Below are positions 53,575-64,000 of a stretch of DNA of 64,000 bases, in pieces (within the stretch, counting starts at the first letter, position 1; each line of letters opens with the position of its first letter). The stretch spans positions 44,268,001 to 44,332,000 of the forward strand of contig NC_135817.1 in NCBI RefSeq assembly GCF_964213995.1, given 5' to 3'. The notes beneath the pieces were generated by a model. That model was not told where the DNA came from and did no database searches. It saw only the letters and a list, made by a program, of their open reading frames with translations. Source of the DNA: Mustelus asterias. Lineage: Eukaryota. The translations under genes and the position numbers were made by a program.

Positions 53575-53932
53575 TTTTTAAAAAATACTTTTCCAATTCA
53601 ATCAAATCAAATCCAATTCAGAGTCTCAACAAGTTGAGACATTTCCGATCCAGGCTGACAAGACAGGGCAGGCGACCAAACCACCCTGTCCTGGGCCCGA
53701 TCTACATGAGCCAAACTGATTGGAGAAGGGGGAGGTTCCCACTCCAAGACTTGGGCTCATTTGCATCTTAGCCAAAAGGCCAAGATGCCGCTTTTAAAAA
53801 TTGCTTCATATGAAACATATGAAGCCCCAGCGCAACCCAATGACCTCAACCAAGTGCAGCATCCTCTCCATGCTACACCTGATCTTAGCCAAAAGGCCGA
53901 GAAATACTACACTTGATCTTAGCCAAAAGGCC
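53575..53932 (-). mobile_element. U2 snRNA-headed short retroposon (SINEU/Keno-like non-autonomous element)
   Basis: 16-bp TSD ccatgtttgacctaat at 53559-53574 and 53931-53946. The 5' end is two tandem U2 fragments, a third U2 stem-loop I copy is internal, and the 3' end is A-rich. Confidence 0.8.
53870..53932 (-). pseudogene. RNU2: Two tandem U2 snRNA 5' fragments (U2 nt ~11-39 and ~6-39)
   Basis: Minus strand GGCCTTTTGGCTAAGATCAAGTGTAGTAT then TTCTCGGCCTTTTGGCTAAGATCAgGTGTAGcAT, matching the conserved U2 5' end. Confidence 0.92.
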
Positions 53933-54901
53933 ATGTTTGACCTAATGCCATAAGATTTGATGTGGTCTGAGGTCAATGGTGAGGGCTCCTGGAGTCACTC
54001 CAGCCTGTACAACCTGTACTCACTGCCACCACTTCTGGCGAATCTGCCCTGCACTGGAATGGTGATGGAGGAGTCCAGGACATTTGCTCTAAGGAATGAT
54101 TGAATGAGTATGACTATGTCGGGATGCTGTTGTACAATCACGACACTGGTCCAGAGATGTGAGAGGACTTTGCAGGATTGACTGGGCAAATTGTGCCTTT
54201 TTTATTTCCGGTACCTAGGTCAATGCCAGGTGGTCAGTCTGATTTTTCTGCCTCAGTTTGGTACAGCTGAGTGGGTTGCTAGGTCATTTCAGACACAGGC
54301 CAGACCAGGGAAGGACGGCAGATTTCCAGTATCTGACAGCATAAAGGTATAAGGGCAAGTTTGGGGTGAGGCAGTGGGGAAGCACAAAATGTGCATGGTT
54401 ACACCAACAGTGGCTTGTAATCCAAAGAGATTGTGGGATGAAAGCAGGATGAGGAGGATTAATTATGGGTATACTGCCATTGTCAATGGTTTTAGCCACA
54501 ATGCTGGCCATTCCCTTAGATTTTTCCAGTACTCTCTTCTTCAGGGGGTAAACACATGCAGTTGTGCCTGACCCCTGCTGATTTGCTACTGCTGCCACCT
54601 AGTATGGGTCACCTTATCCAGCAAAAGAGGAGTGCATTTGTCAGTGAGTGTGAAGCACTATGTTTGGGTGATGTGCCTGCCACAGTTGAACAGCTGGCAG
54701 TATATGGCAGTTATGAAATGTGAGGGTGTGGCTGGCAACAATGCTAAGTGTGTAAGGGTGAGATGGGATCATGAAGGTAAATATGAGTTGTGTTTGATAC
54801 AAGCTTTTGTTCGATGAATGATGAGGATTTGATCCATTGGGCAGTATGTGAGACTATTGGTGCGATAGTAGCGTTTGGTATATGATTATATATTCACTAA
54901 T

Positions 54902-55137
54902 CTTGACCACTCATGTGAGATTAGCCATTTTTCATCATTACATACAAGTTCTCAGAGCTAGACTGCCGGCATTGAGTGCAAGGGCTCTCTGCTCTCAATG
55001 GCTCTCCTACCAACTCTGGAGGGCCTTCTAGTCCCCGGAGGGAAGAAACCCTCTCTCCTTTTTTACTCTTCCTCTATCAAGACCTCCAACACAGCATCCA
55101 AGAATCCTGGGGCACATTTTCTGGTCTGTTGTGCCAT
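54902..55137 (-). pseudogene. Myb/SANT-like (Harbinger/PIF ORF2-type) remnant
   Basis: MAQQTRKCAPGFLDAVLEVLIEEE*KRREGFFP...LNAGSLALRT resembles the Myb_DNA-bind_5 (NAIF1-like) N-terminus. Stops are present. Confidence 0.55.
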
Positions 55138-56179
55138 CCCCGTATGTTCTTGCTGGTTTTTAACTCTCTTCAACCAGGTTCAGCTTTGCTGCAGCTACAA
55201 TGCAGATGTGCAGCCTGGCTTTAAGTGATGCAGGCCAACTTTACACCACTTTGGTCGCTGTGATGAGTCGTGCAAGAACTGAAAAGCGCGTTCAGAATTG
55301 CGCTGCACACCACAATAATTATATTTAACAGGCATCACAGAAGCTTGAGTTCTGCCTGCATCACTTTGAACAGGAGCCGGCGAATCGCCCATCGAAATCC
55401 CTCCACCCGATTCTCGGAGCTGTCCAATTTAACACCAACGGATCACATGCATATATGGAGCTACCGAATGAGCGTTCACACAGCGATCCCTTTCAGGCAT
55501 TGCGTAGCCTATAATACTACACTCTACTCTCTTGAACCAGAGCCTGGAGTTGTAGCAAGGGAAGGTATAGTGACATGATAAAACAATCCGCGAAATGGAA
55601 CTCTAACATTAAAGAAAAATGAAAGAACTTAAAGCAGCCCACTTGTGTGTTGTTGGGGGGTGTGGGGGAGGAATCAATTTCTGCAGATGGGTTTTCTGAA
55701 CATAAAGCTAAGGTAGACCATCAGTCAAGATTGCCCTCGCCACCAACACAGTACTAAGATTTCGAGACAGTTCCAAAGGAAGGGGCTCACTCAAGAAGGA
55801 TTCATATTTCCCTCGGCAGCACGTGTTGTATAGCCCCCTGCTGGCTATCTGGGTAGATACAGGGACTTACCAAGAGATTTCGCTTCTTATACTTTTACAC
55901 GCCACCTACCTCAATTTGTTTCACACTCAGACAATTCTATGACTGTGACTCATTGTGTATTTCCCTTTCTAAATTTATCAATCGCCCTAGCGTGTGAATA
56001 TCTGCACTGGTGCTAACTTCAACTCATACCGATTATATATTGGGTACTGTGGTGAGCCTTGTAAGATCCACCATTTGCTACTCCTGAAGTTCAGGTATAT
56101 CTCTGAGAAAAAGGAACCGCACCTGATGAGTACAAGTATAGGTATTACACCCATAAGTGCATCCCTACGCTGTCCATCT

Positions 56180-56746
56180 ACTTTCTCAAGAGGATAAGGA
56201 AAGTAGGCATGTCTGCTATGATTCTCACCAACTTTTACAGATGCACCATAGGAAGCATCCTTTCTGGTTGTATCGCAGCTTGGTATGGCTCCTGCTCTGC
56301 CCCAAGACTGCATGAAACTACAAAGGGTTATGAATGAAGCCCAGTTAATCACTCAAACCAGCCTCCCATCCATTGACTCTGTCTACACTCCCGGTGCCTC
56401 AGAAAAACAGCCAGCGTAATCAAGGACCCTATGTGCCCTGGACATACTCTCTTCCACTCTCTTCCATCAGGAAAATGATACAAAAGCCTGAGATCATGTA
56501 CCAACCAGCTCAAGAACAGCTTCTCCACTGCTGCCATCGGACTTTTGAATGGACCTACCTTATATTAAGTTGATCTTTCTCTGCACCCTAGCAATGACTG
56601 TTACACTACATTCTGCCATCTCTCCTTTCCTACTTCCCAATGTACTCTATGATATGCTTTGTCAATATAGCTTGCAAGAAACAATACTTTTCACTGTATA
56701 CCAATACATGTGATTGAAAATAAATCAAATCAAAACCAAATCAAAT
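56180..56746 (+). mobile_element. Rex1/Babar-type LINE 3' end
   Basis: LTNFYRCTIGSILSGCIAAWYGSCSA-type C-terminus and a (tcaaa)n tail. Confidence 0.8.
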
Positions 56747-56783
56747 TTACTTATTTACAATTATTCAAAAAACTTTTACCATC

Positions 56784-58137
56784 CAAGGTCCAAAACACTC
56801 ATTCCAGGTTAAGCAGTGTTTCACTTGCAACTCTTTCAATTTGGCGTATTGCACTCGCTGCTCCCAATGTGGTCTCCTCTATATCGGAGAGACCAAGTGT
56901 AGATTGGGTGATCGCTTTGCTGAGCATCTTCAGTCTGTGCGCAATCAGGACCCTGACCTTCCAGTTGCTTGCCATTTTAACACACAATCCTGCTCCCATG
57001 CCCACATGACGGAGGATGAGGGGTGAGCTAATAGAGGTGTATAAAATTATGAAAGGCATAGATAGGGTGAACGGTGGGAAGCTTTTTCCCAGGTCGGTGG
57101 TGACGTTCACGAGGGGTCATAGGTTCAAGGTGAGGGGGGGGAGATTTAACACGGATATCAGAAGGACGTATTTTACACAGAGGGTGGTGGGGGCCTGGAA
57201 TGTGCTGCCGGGCAAGGTGGTGGAGGCGGACACACTGGGAACGTTTAAGACTTATCTAGATAGCCACATGAACGGAGTGGGAATGGAGGGATACAAAAGA
57301 ATGGTCTAGTTTGGACCAGGGAGCGGCGTGGGCTTGGAGGGCCAAAGAGCCTGTTCCTGTGCTGTATTGTCCTTTGTTCTTTGTCTGTCCTCGGCTTGCT
57401 GCAATGTTCCAGTGAAGCTCAATGCAAACTGGAGGAATAGCATCTCATCTTCCAGCTAGGCACATTGCAGCCTTCCAGTCTCAACATTGAATTCAACAAC
57501 TTCAGATGATTTGCTCTACCCCAGCTCGGCCCCTTTTGTTTTCATTCCATTTTATTTCATTTTTTACTGTTCTCAACCTTTTATTTCTTTATTATCTTAC
57601 TTCATTTTTCTCCCCCCCCCCCCACTCTTACCCCCCACTTCATCCCCCTTCCCTTACCTTTTCTTCCCCCACTTCCCCTTTTCTACATTGTACCTCTGTC
57701 CCATTCTCCCCCCACCTCCCCCTCCCCCCCACCTCCCCCTCCCCCCACCTCCCCCCCACCTCCCCCCCCACCTCCCCCTCCTACCTCCCCCTCCCTCCCC
57801 ACCTCTCCCCACCTCCCCCCACCTCCCCCCCTCCCCCTCCCCCTCCACCGCCCCCCCTCACCCCCCCCCTCACCCCCCCACATCTTCATCTGTCACAGCT
57901 TACAGCTTCTCTGCCATTTGGCCATTCACACCCTTTATTATCTCTGTCGACAGCTATTAGCAGTCTTTTCCCCTGGTTTCTAAGGCTTTCATAGCCTCCC
58001 CCTACAGTATAAATATCTCCCACTTTCTATGTCTTTTAGCTTTGACAAAGGGTCATCTGGACTCAAAACGTCAGTTCTTTTCTCTCCTTACAAATGCTGC
58101 CAGACCTGCTGAGATTTTCCAGTGTTTTCTCTTTTGG
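56784..58137 (+). mobile_element. Second Penelope family: GIY-YIG endonuclease remnant and 3' pLTR, interrupted by CR1 and a C-rich expansion
   Basis: YCTRCSQCGLLYIGETKCRLGDRFAEHL...LPVACHFN, resuming at ~57383. Degenerate hammerhead at 58038-58076 and terminus gctgccagacctgctgagattttccag. Confidence 0.85.
57009..57382 (+). mobile_element. Young CR1 (subfamily A) 3' end
   Basis: ORF 57016-57309 is nearly identical to the end of 3067-3798 and is followed by the tail. Confidence 0.95.
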
Positions 58138-58229
58138 ATTCAAAAAACTATAATCATCGTCTCGGTTGAGAATCATCAGGAAGGGAAATCCTCCCACGCC
58201 AGGATCTGCATGGTTACTCTCTAGTCTGT

Positions 58230-58512
58230 TTCATTTATTTATTAGTGTCACAAGTAGGCTTACATTAACACTGCAATGAAGTTACTGTGCAAATCCCCTA
58301 GTTGCCACACTCTGGCACTGTTCAGGTACACTGAGGGAGAATTTAGCACCTAACCAGCATGTCTTTCAGATTGTGAGAGGAAACCAGAGCACCCAGAGGA
58401 AACCCATGCAGACATGGGGCAAAAGTGCCAACTCCGCACAGTGACTTAAGCAGGGAATTGAACCTGGACCCTGGTGCTGTGAGGCAGCAGCGCTAACCAC
58501 TGTGCTACTGTC
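58230..58512 (-). mobile_element. V-SINE (alternative tail)
   Basis: Reverse-complement copy of the same SINE family. Confidence 0.82.
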
Positions 58513-59744
58513 CCGCTCTTCATGTGCTGTACTGCATTTGATCTCTGGCTTCTGTTGAACACAGACTCCAGATAAGAACCCAAAAAAGAGCAGATATTTA
58601 GTAATATGCATTTTTGATGTTAAATTTATATATTTCCCGTACAAATGCTGAATGATTTGTAGTGCATATCTATCATTTTCTATTTTATCATCATGTTTTT
58701 ATAACATTATGCATACTGTATCAGAATGTAGAGTCCTGATAAATTCTTATCGACCTGACAACTCAGTTTCTCTCAGTTTCTCTCCACAGATACTGCCTGA
58801 CCTGCTGATTATTTCCAGCATTGCTGTCTGGTGAACTCTGAATAACTACTCCAGTCTGGGCAGCAGACTCCCAGGAGGATAGCAAGAAAAAAATGTTGCA
58901 GGGATGTCCTGCGTCTCTGAGGAAGTCAAACATACCCACCGACTTAAAAAAAGCATTTTGATATGTACATGGATGGGAAAGGGTTAGAGGGATAGTGGCC
59001 AAACGCGGGCAACTGGGACTAGCTGGGAGGGCACCATGGTCAGCATGGACCGCTTGGGCCGAAGGGTCTGTTCCCATGCTGTATTGCTCTATGACTTTAT
59101 GACTGGTGGGAGACCCTGCAGAGGTAAAGTCGAGGAGTTGGAAGGAACGCACAAACTTCTAAAGAACCCGTCCATCCCTTCAAGCAGCACCTGCCTGCAA
59201 GTGGCAGAGCACCCATTGGATTTATCAGCCATTGAACTGGGTGGAAGCAAGTCACCTTCGATCTCGAGAGACTGACTGAGAAGATGCTTTCCAGAATTTT
59301 CAGTTTCTATTACAGATTTCCGGTGTTCACAGTATTTCATTTTTTCTACAATATAAAAACTGAATTAACTGGGTGGGAATTGTCAAGTTTGTATGTGAGT
59401 AATGGTGGATAGAAATCTTTTTGCCTGTTATACCCGTTTCCCGTTCACACCTGCAGTTAATCGTTTCCTCGTTGCAATTCCAAGGGTGTCTGGATCAACT
59501 TATGTTTTAGCGTAATTAACCTGCTTAAGAAAATCCGACTGAAATGCGGAATTCACTTTGTTTGGATCCCTGCCTCCATCTGTGGCTGCCTCAGTTTATT
59601 CGCATTCATCCTTATTATACTTTTTTCCCTCTGTCTTCAGTCGTGTGATGTTGGTAGATACGGGTCTCTGTTTTCATCCTGTGCTTTCTGTTCTGTTAAT
59701 CGTTAAACAACACTCTACACACTCAATGCTACTTTGTCGTATAC

Positions 59745-59905
59745 TGACGCATTGGCTATAAAACCGTTCTCTATTTAAGCCTTTTCCTCCCACACTCCCC
59801 ACCCCCACCACACTGCCCACTCATCAATTCATACACTCCACTGCTGAATACTTACTTTTACATTGGTTAATTAAATGTCTTGCTCACTCAGTGGTATTAG
59901 ATCAG
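59745..59905 (+). promoter_or_regulatory. Putative core promoter and non-coding first exon of the IgSF gene
   Basis: TGACGCA (CRE-like) at 59745, ATTGG at 59751, TATAAAA at 59757-59763 and a perfect donor CAG|gtaagt at 59905/59906. The surrounding region is repeat-free. Confidence 0.5.
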
Positions 59906-61537
59906 GTAAGTTTGTAGTGGTCGGTGATTATTAATTATAGTGTACCTGATGTGAGTGTGGAAATTAAACAAATTAGTAATTTTCGTTTAATTTATCGGGG
60001 AAATGTACGCCTTTACACTGTGTAATAAACATATACATTGTGGGTAACCCCTTTGGGATTTCTTAATTACTGCCAACTTACTTCACTGTATGAACTGCTA
60101 TGAATTTGCACGAAGCAGGTCTGAAATTCTGCAGTTTATCTAACAATGTGAAACAGGAGGCTGCATTCACCAAAATGTGGAATTAATCTGGGAAGAAGCA
60201 ATTCTGCTGCAGCTCCTGTTTTGAGATCAGTAATTACTTAAGGAGCGCCCAAGTATTATCTACCCTGGAACTACCATTTCCTGCCCTGGGCAATGCTGTG
60301 ACACAAAACATGCACACAGCTTCACTCTCAGCAGCTCAAACTAAATATCCAGCAACTGCACGCATTTAATTAATTCCTTGTAAATGTAATTGTCCAGGGG
60401 GTGCAAGTTTTATTTTTTCGAAAACTTGACCACCCCGTCAAATGCAAGTGGTATTAAACTATCTCTTCTAGAATCAGGTCAGGCCAAAATTGGCAGCCTC
60501 GCTCGGAAATAGAACCCCCCATGTAACTGCTATTAATGACTAAACTTGCACCTTTTAAAAATAACTCATTAGTGACGATGGGTACTTCGATGTGCATCTG
60601 ACAGACACACACTGGGACAAACACTGACCTCAAAGCAAACAGTTTTACTAGTTTAATGCTTGTTTTACTGTTGCAACTAAAATGTCTGATCCAAAGATTC
60701 GTGTTGTGGGTCGGAATCGTCCAAGTGTATAGCATTGCATTACTAACCCGGACTGAAAAACCGTTCTGAATTAATTCGTTCTCCGAGATCTGTTTGCAGC
60801 TTCGCCCCGGTTTGTTAACTGTATTTTGAACACTTATTCATTGTAACCCCTAACCATTTGAGTATAATGTGCCAATCTTTTGAGTTTGACTTGAGTTACA
60901 CTCCTTTTAACGAAATCATTTTGACTTTTCTAATTGATAGGGAATCGGGTCAGACATTTGAGGAATTCTCTTCTGCACATAGCCAGGGGTGGGATTTGAA
61001 TTTTAGTCCAGTGCAATCTCCGTTTTCCCAATATATCGAAATACAACGGAATAAAATCTAATGGAAGAAATCACGATTCGGAAGCAAGATACAACATAGA
61101 TAGATGATTTTATATATATGAAGTAAACTTTTAAATTATTAACTATTATTTCGGTGTCGTGATTTTATCAATTTGCTTATTATTCCCTATTCGTTAAACA
61201 GTTTATGTATAATATCAGCACAACACGGAAATTATCTACAAGATAGTTGAGCCCATCATTTCAAAGTTTGACATGAAACATACATTCCCATATTTCAAAT
61301 AGCCATCTTAGGCACTGACTTGCCCCTGCTTTCCATGCATTGACCATCATTGCTATCGGCCTGTTTTTCACTCAACTACCCACCGAGCCTTTTACATTTT
61401 CATTGCAGATTGTTGGCAGTTTGGTTTCGTCGCTCGCCTCTGCTTTCCTCTAACCACAACCGGAGTAGAGGCGAGAATCACTTGCCTCAATTGCGCTTGT
61501 TGCAACAGATTGAAAGCGGTGTGGGCTTGGTTCCGTG

Positions 61538-61592
61538 ATGAAATGGACTAGAAAACCCCGTCTAGCTGCACTGTACAGCTGCTGGCTGCAAG
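61538..61592 (+). CDS. Leader (signal peptide) exon of the IgSF receptor: MKWTRKPRLAALYSCWLQ
   Basis: ATG at 61538 and phase-1 donor CAAG|gtaact. An upstream acceptor ttttcattgcag ends at 61408. A 100-nt intron leads in frame to the V exon. Confidence 0.75.
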
Positions 61593-61692
61593 GTAACTCC
61601 CGTCTGGGACAACTGTCCCATTCTTGTTGCCTCGCCTTGTCTACATTGTAAGAAATCTGTAGCCTAACCCTGTTGTCTCCGATCTCTTTCAG

Positions 61693-62040
61693 TTGTGCTG
61701 CAGGCAGCGGCCACTGGAAGCAATGGCGAGGTTGTACATGGAACGGTCAATGGGAACATCTTCCTGGCAATGCCAGCCAGGGTGGTGGCTGAACAGGTAC
61801 ACACCATAGAGTGGGTGTATGTGAGTTCCAGCACCCGGCGCTCCATCGTTCAGTTCATATCGGATAAGGGCAACCAGGTGCCACATTGGTTCAGCGGCTA
61901 CCGTCTCCGGGCACAGATCTACCCTAACGGCACTCTCTCTCTCCGAAACGTCACGCTGAACGATTCGGGGACATATTCCTGCACCGTCACAGCTCACAGT
62001 GGAGAGGAGTTTACCCAGGACACCATAGTGAAGGTGATCG
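61693..62040 (+). CDS. Ig V-set domain exon of a CD2/SLAM/HEPACAM/CEACAM-like surface glycoprotein
   Basis: Acceptor ctctttcag and donor G|gtgagt, 348 nt, phase 1-1. Motifs IEW, R...YPNGTLSLRNVTLNDSGTYSC and three N-glycan sequons (NGT, NVT, NDS). Confidence 0.9.
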
Positions 62041-62590
62041 GTGAGTACACCTACCTATTCGGTGTTAAATGCAGGTGAAATTAAAACACTAATTAATCAT
62101 TGCAGTCCTTGAAACGAATTTGTATTAATTTTCATAAAATAAAACTATTGGGGGAACATAATTGTAACTTGTCAAACTTCAGAGGTATCTGAAGATTGCA
62201 GATATACAAATTCAATATTACGAAGGGCGGTGTTAGCTTATTCCCCTGCAATTAAATGTTTGGAGCAAAATGTTTTTGACATTTTTGAAACGCAGTTGAT
62301 TGAGCCTCATAGGTTGCATATGCATCTTTGGCATCCATATCCATCTTTCACAGAACCTAGATTACTGAATAGACCAGATAAGATCATGGTCCTTACCTCC
62401 AGAGCTCGTTCCTTAATTCATTGCGATCCAGTTTCAGAAATGTAAATACTTCCACTGGGGAGAAGCTGAGCTGTGATTCTCCCACTCACAACCCCTTCCA
62501 CTCTGGGATATTTCCGTAAAAAGCTCATCCTCAAAACTGAATGACATTTAAAATCCTGCCACACCTCACATTTCTTACAGTCTAGACTTT

Positions 62591-63055
62591 GTAAGAAGTC
62601 TCACAGCACCAAGTTAAAATCCAACAGGTTTATTTGGAATCACGAGCTTTTGCCGCTCCTTCATCAGGTGAATGGAGGTTAGTTCACAAACACAGCATAT
62701 ATAGGCAAAGACACAATTGCAAAATAATTACATATTAGAATGTGAAGAATGGTTGGAATGTGAGTCTTTACAGGTAATCAAGTCTTTACAGGTACAGTGT
62801 GCATGGAGAGAGGGATAATCACATGTTACCTGTAAAGATTTGCATTACAACTGTTCTTCACATTCTAATCAGTAATTATCTTGCAATTGTGTCTTTGCTT
62901 ATATCTGCCATGTTTGTGAACTAACCTCCATTCACCTGATGAAAGGGCAGTGCTCAGAAAGCTAGTGATTCCAAATAAACCTGTTAGACTTTGACGTGGT
63001 GTTGTGAGACTTCTTACTGTGCCTACCTCCATCCAACTCCGGCACCTCCATCTCA
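62591..63055. mobile_element. Fold-back Penelope element (older subfamily)
   Basis: Inverted arms gtaagaagtctcacagcacc... and ...ggtgttgtgagacttcttac. Hammerhead-like motifs at ~62640-62671 (-, partly deleted) and 62932-62968 (+). Confidence 0.8.
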
Positions 63056-63306
63056 AACCTAGATTTTCATCCAGGAATTTAAATCATTCCCTCGTTGATT
63101 TATTATCGTGAATCATTTTGAAATGCATCAGTTATATTCTAGAATTCTCTGGTGATGAATACAACTTCCAGAGCTCTGTACGGTCTCCCTGAGAGCACAG
63201 TGAGAATTGAACTACTTCTGCCTTTGGAAGTCTCTGCTTTTTCTAATGAAGTAAGAGTTTTAAAAGCACCAGGTTAAAGTCCAACAGGTTTATTTGGTAG
63301 CAAATG

Positions 63307-63343
63307 CCATTAGCTTTCGGAGCGCTGCTCCTTCGTCAGATGG
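63307..63343 (-). ncRNA. Minimal type I hammerhead ribozyme motif
   Basis: CCAT-CTGACGA-AGGAGC-AGC-GCTCC-GAAA-GC-TA-ATGG. Confidence 0.8.
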
Positions 63344-63623
63344 AGGGGAAATCTGCTCTCAAACAGGGCATAGAGACACAAAATCAAGTTACAGAATACT
63401 GATTAGAATGCGAATCTCTACAACCAACCAGGTCTTAAAGATACAGACAATGTGAGTGGAGGGAGCATTAAGCACAGGTTAAAGAGATGTGTATTGTCTC
63501 CAGACAGGACAACCACTGAGATTCTACAAGTCCAGGAGGCAAGCTGTAGTGTGACATAAACCCAACATCCCGGTTAGGCTTGGTTTTGTGTCTCTGTGCC
63601 CTGTTTGAGAGCAGATTTCCACT

Positions 63624-63660
63624 CCATCTGATGAAGGAGCAGCGCTCCGAAAGCTAATGG
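63624..63660 (+). ncRNA. Minimal type I hammerhead ribozyme motif
   Basis: CCAT-CTGATGA-AGGAGC-AGC-GCTCC-GAAA-GC-TA-ATGG. Confidence 0.8.
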
Positions 63661-64000
63661 CATTTGCTACCAAATAAACCTGTTGGGCTTTTCTAATGAA
63701 TCCATATGGAATATCTGATCCCAGTGTCTGCAGGTGGCTGTTTTGGCAAAATTAAGAGAACTAGTAAAAACGAAAGTTAAAACAGACAAAAATAAACTTA
63801 TACAATTGGATGATATTATTACGGACAGCGATCTCAAAGAAATTTCAGTGCTCAGATGTCTGGGAAAGGGCATTTTTTTTTAATAGATTGAATCAAAGGT
63901 TGTGTCTTCGGGGGAAGAAACCCCTCAACAATGCAAACAGCGGATGAATCTCTGCTAAATACCAAATAGTCAACGAAAAAGCCTGCATACCTGTGCAAAC

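Larger units (their letters stand above)
63251..63688. mobile_element. Fold-back Penelope element with two intact hammerhead motifs
   Basis: Inverted arms with TSD ttttctaatgaa at 63239-63250 and 63689-63700. Confidence 0.88.

Noticed and set aside
53870-53932. Functional U2 snRNA gene
   Set aside because: Only the first ~39 nt are present, with no Sm site, 3' stems or upstream PSE, and the fragments lie inside a TSD-bounded insert.
57487-57994. Proline-rich ORFs
   Set aside because: C-rich simple repeat inside a Penelope 3' region.

Overview
Repeat-rich vertebrate genomic DNA. The repeat complement (CR1/HER1-type LINEs, HE1/V-SINEs, a DeuSINE, Penelope, Rex/Babar, Tx1, Gypsy, Harbinger remnants) points to a cartilaginous fish, probably a shark. 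Almost all ORF-track hits are transposon fragments or microsatellite artefacts. Two divergent host genes are visible. On the + strand is the 5' part of an Ig-superfamily surface receptor: putative promoter and non-coding exon near 59.75-59.9 kb, leader exon 61538-61592 and V-set exon 61693-62040, CD2/HEPACAM/CEACAM-like and lacking the B-strand Cys. On the - strand is a gene starting with a 29-nt MGNCCRKAE exon at 22412, tentatively a GCSAM/HGAL/C11orf52-like lipid-anchored adaptor. The most unusual non-coding items are (i) a TSD-flanked, highly structured ~360-bp retroposon with tandem U2 snRNA-derived heads at 53575-53932 and (ii) about 12 minimal hammerhead-ribozyme motifs with covarying stems, carried by fold-back Penelope elements; two lie in sense orientation in the Ig gene intron. 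All calls were made by eye, so repeat boundaries are approximate.
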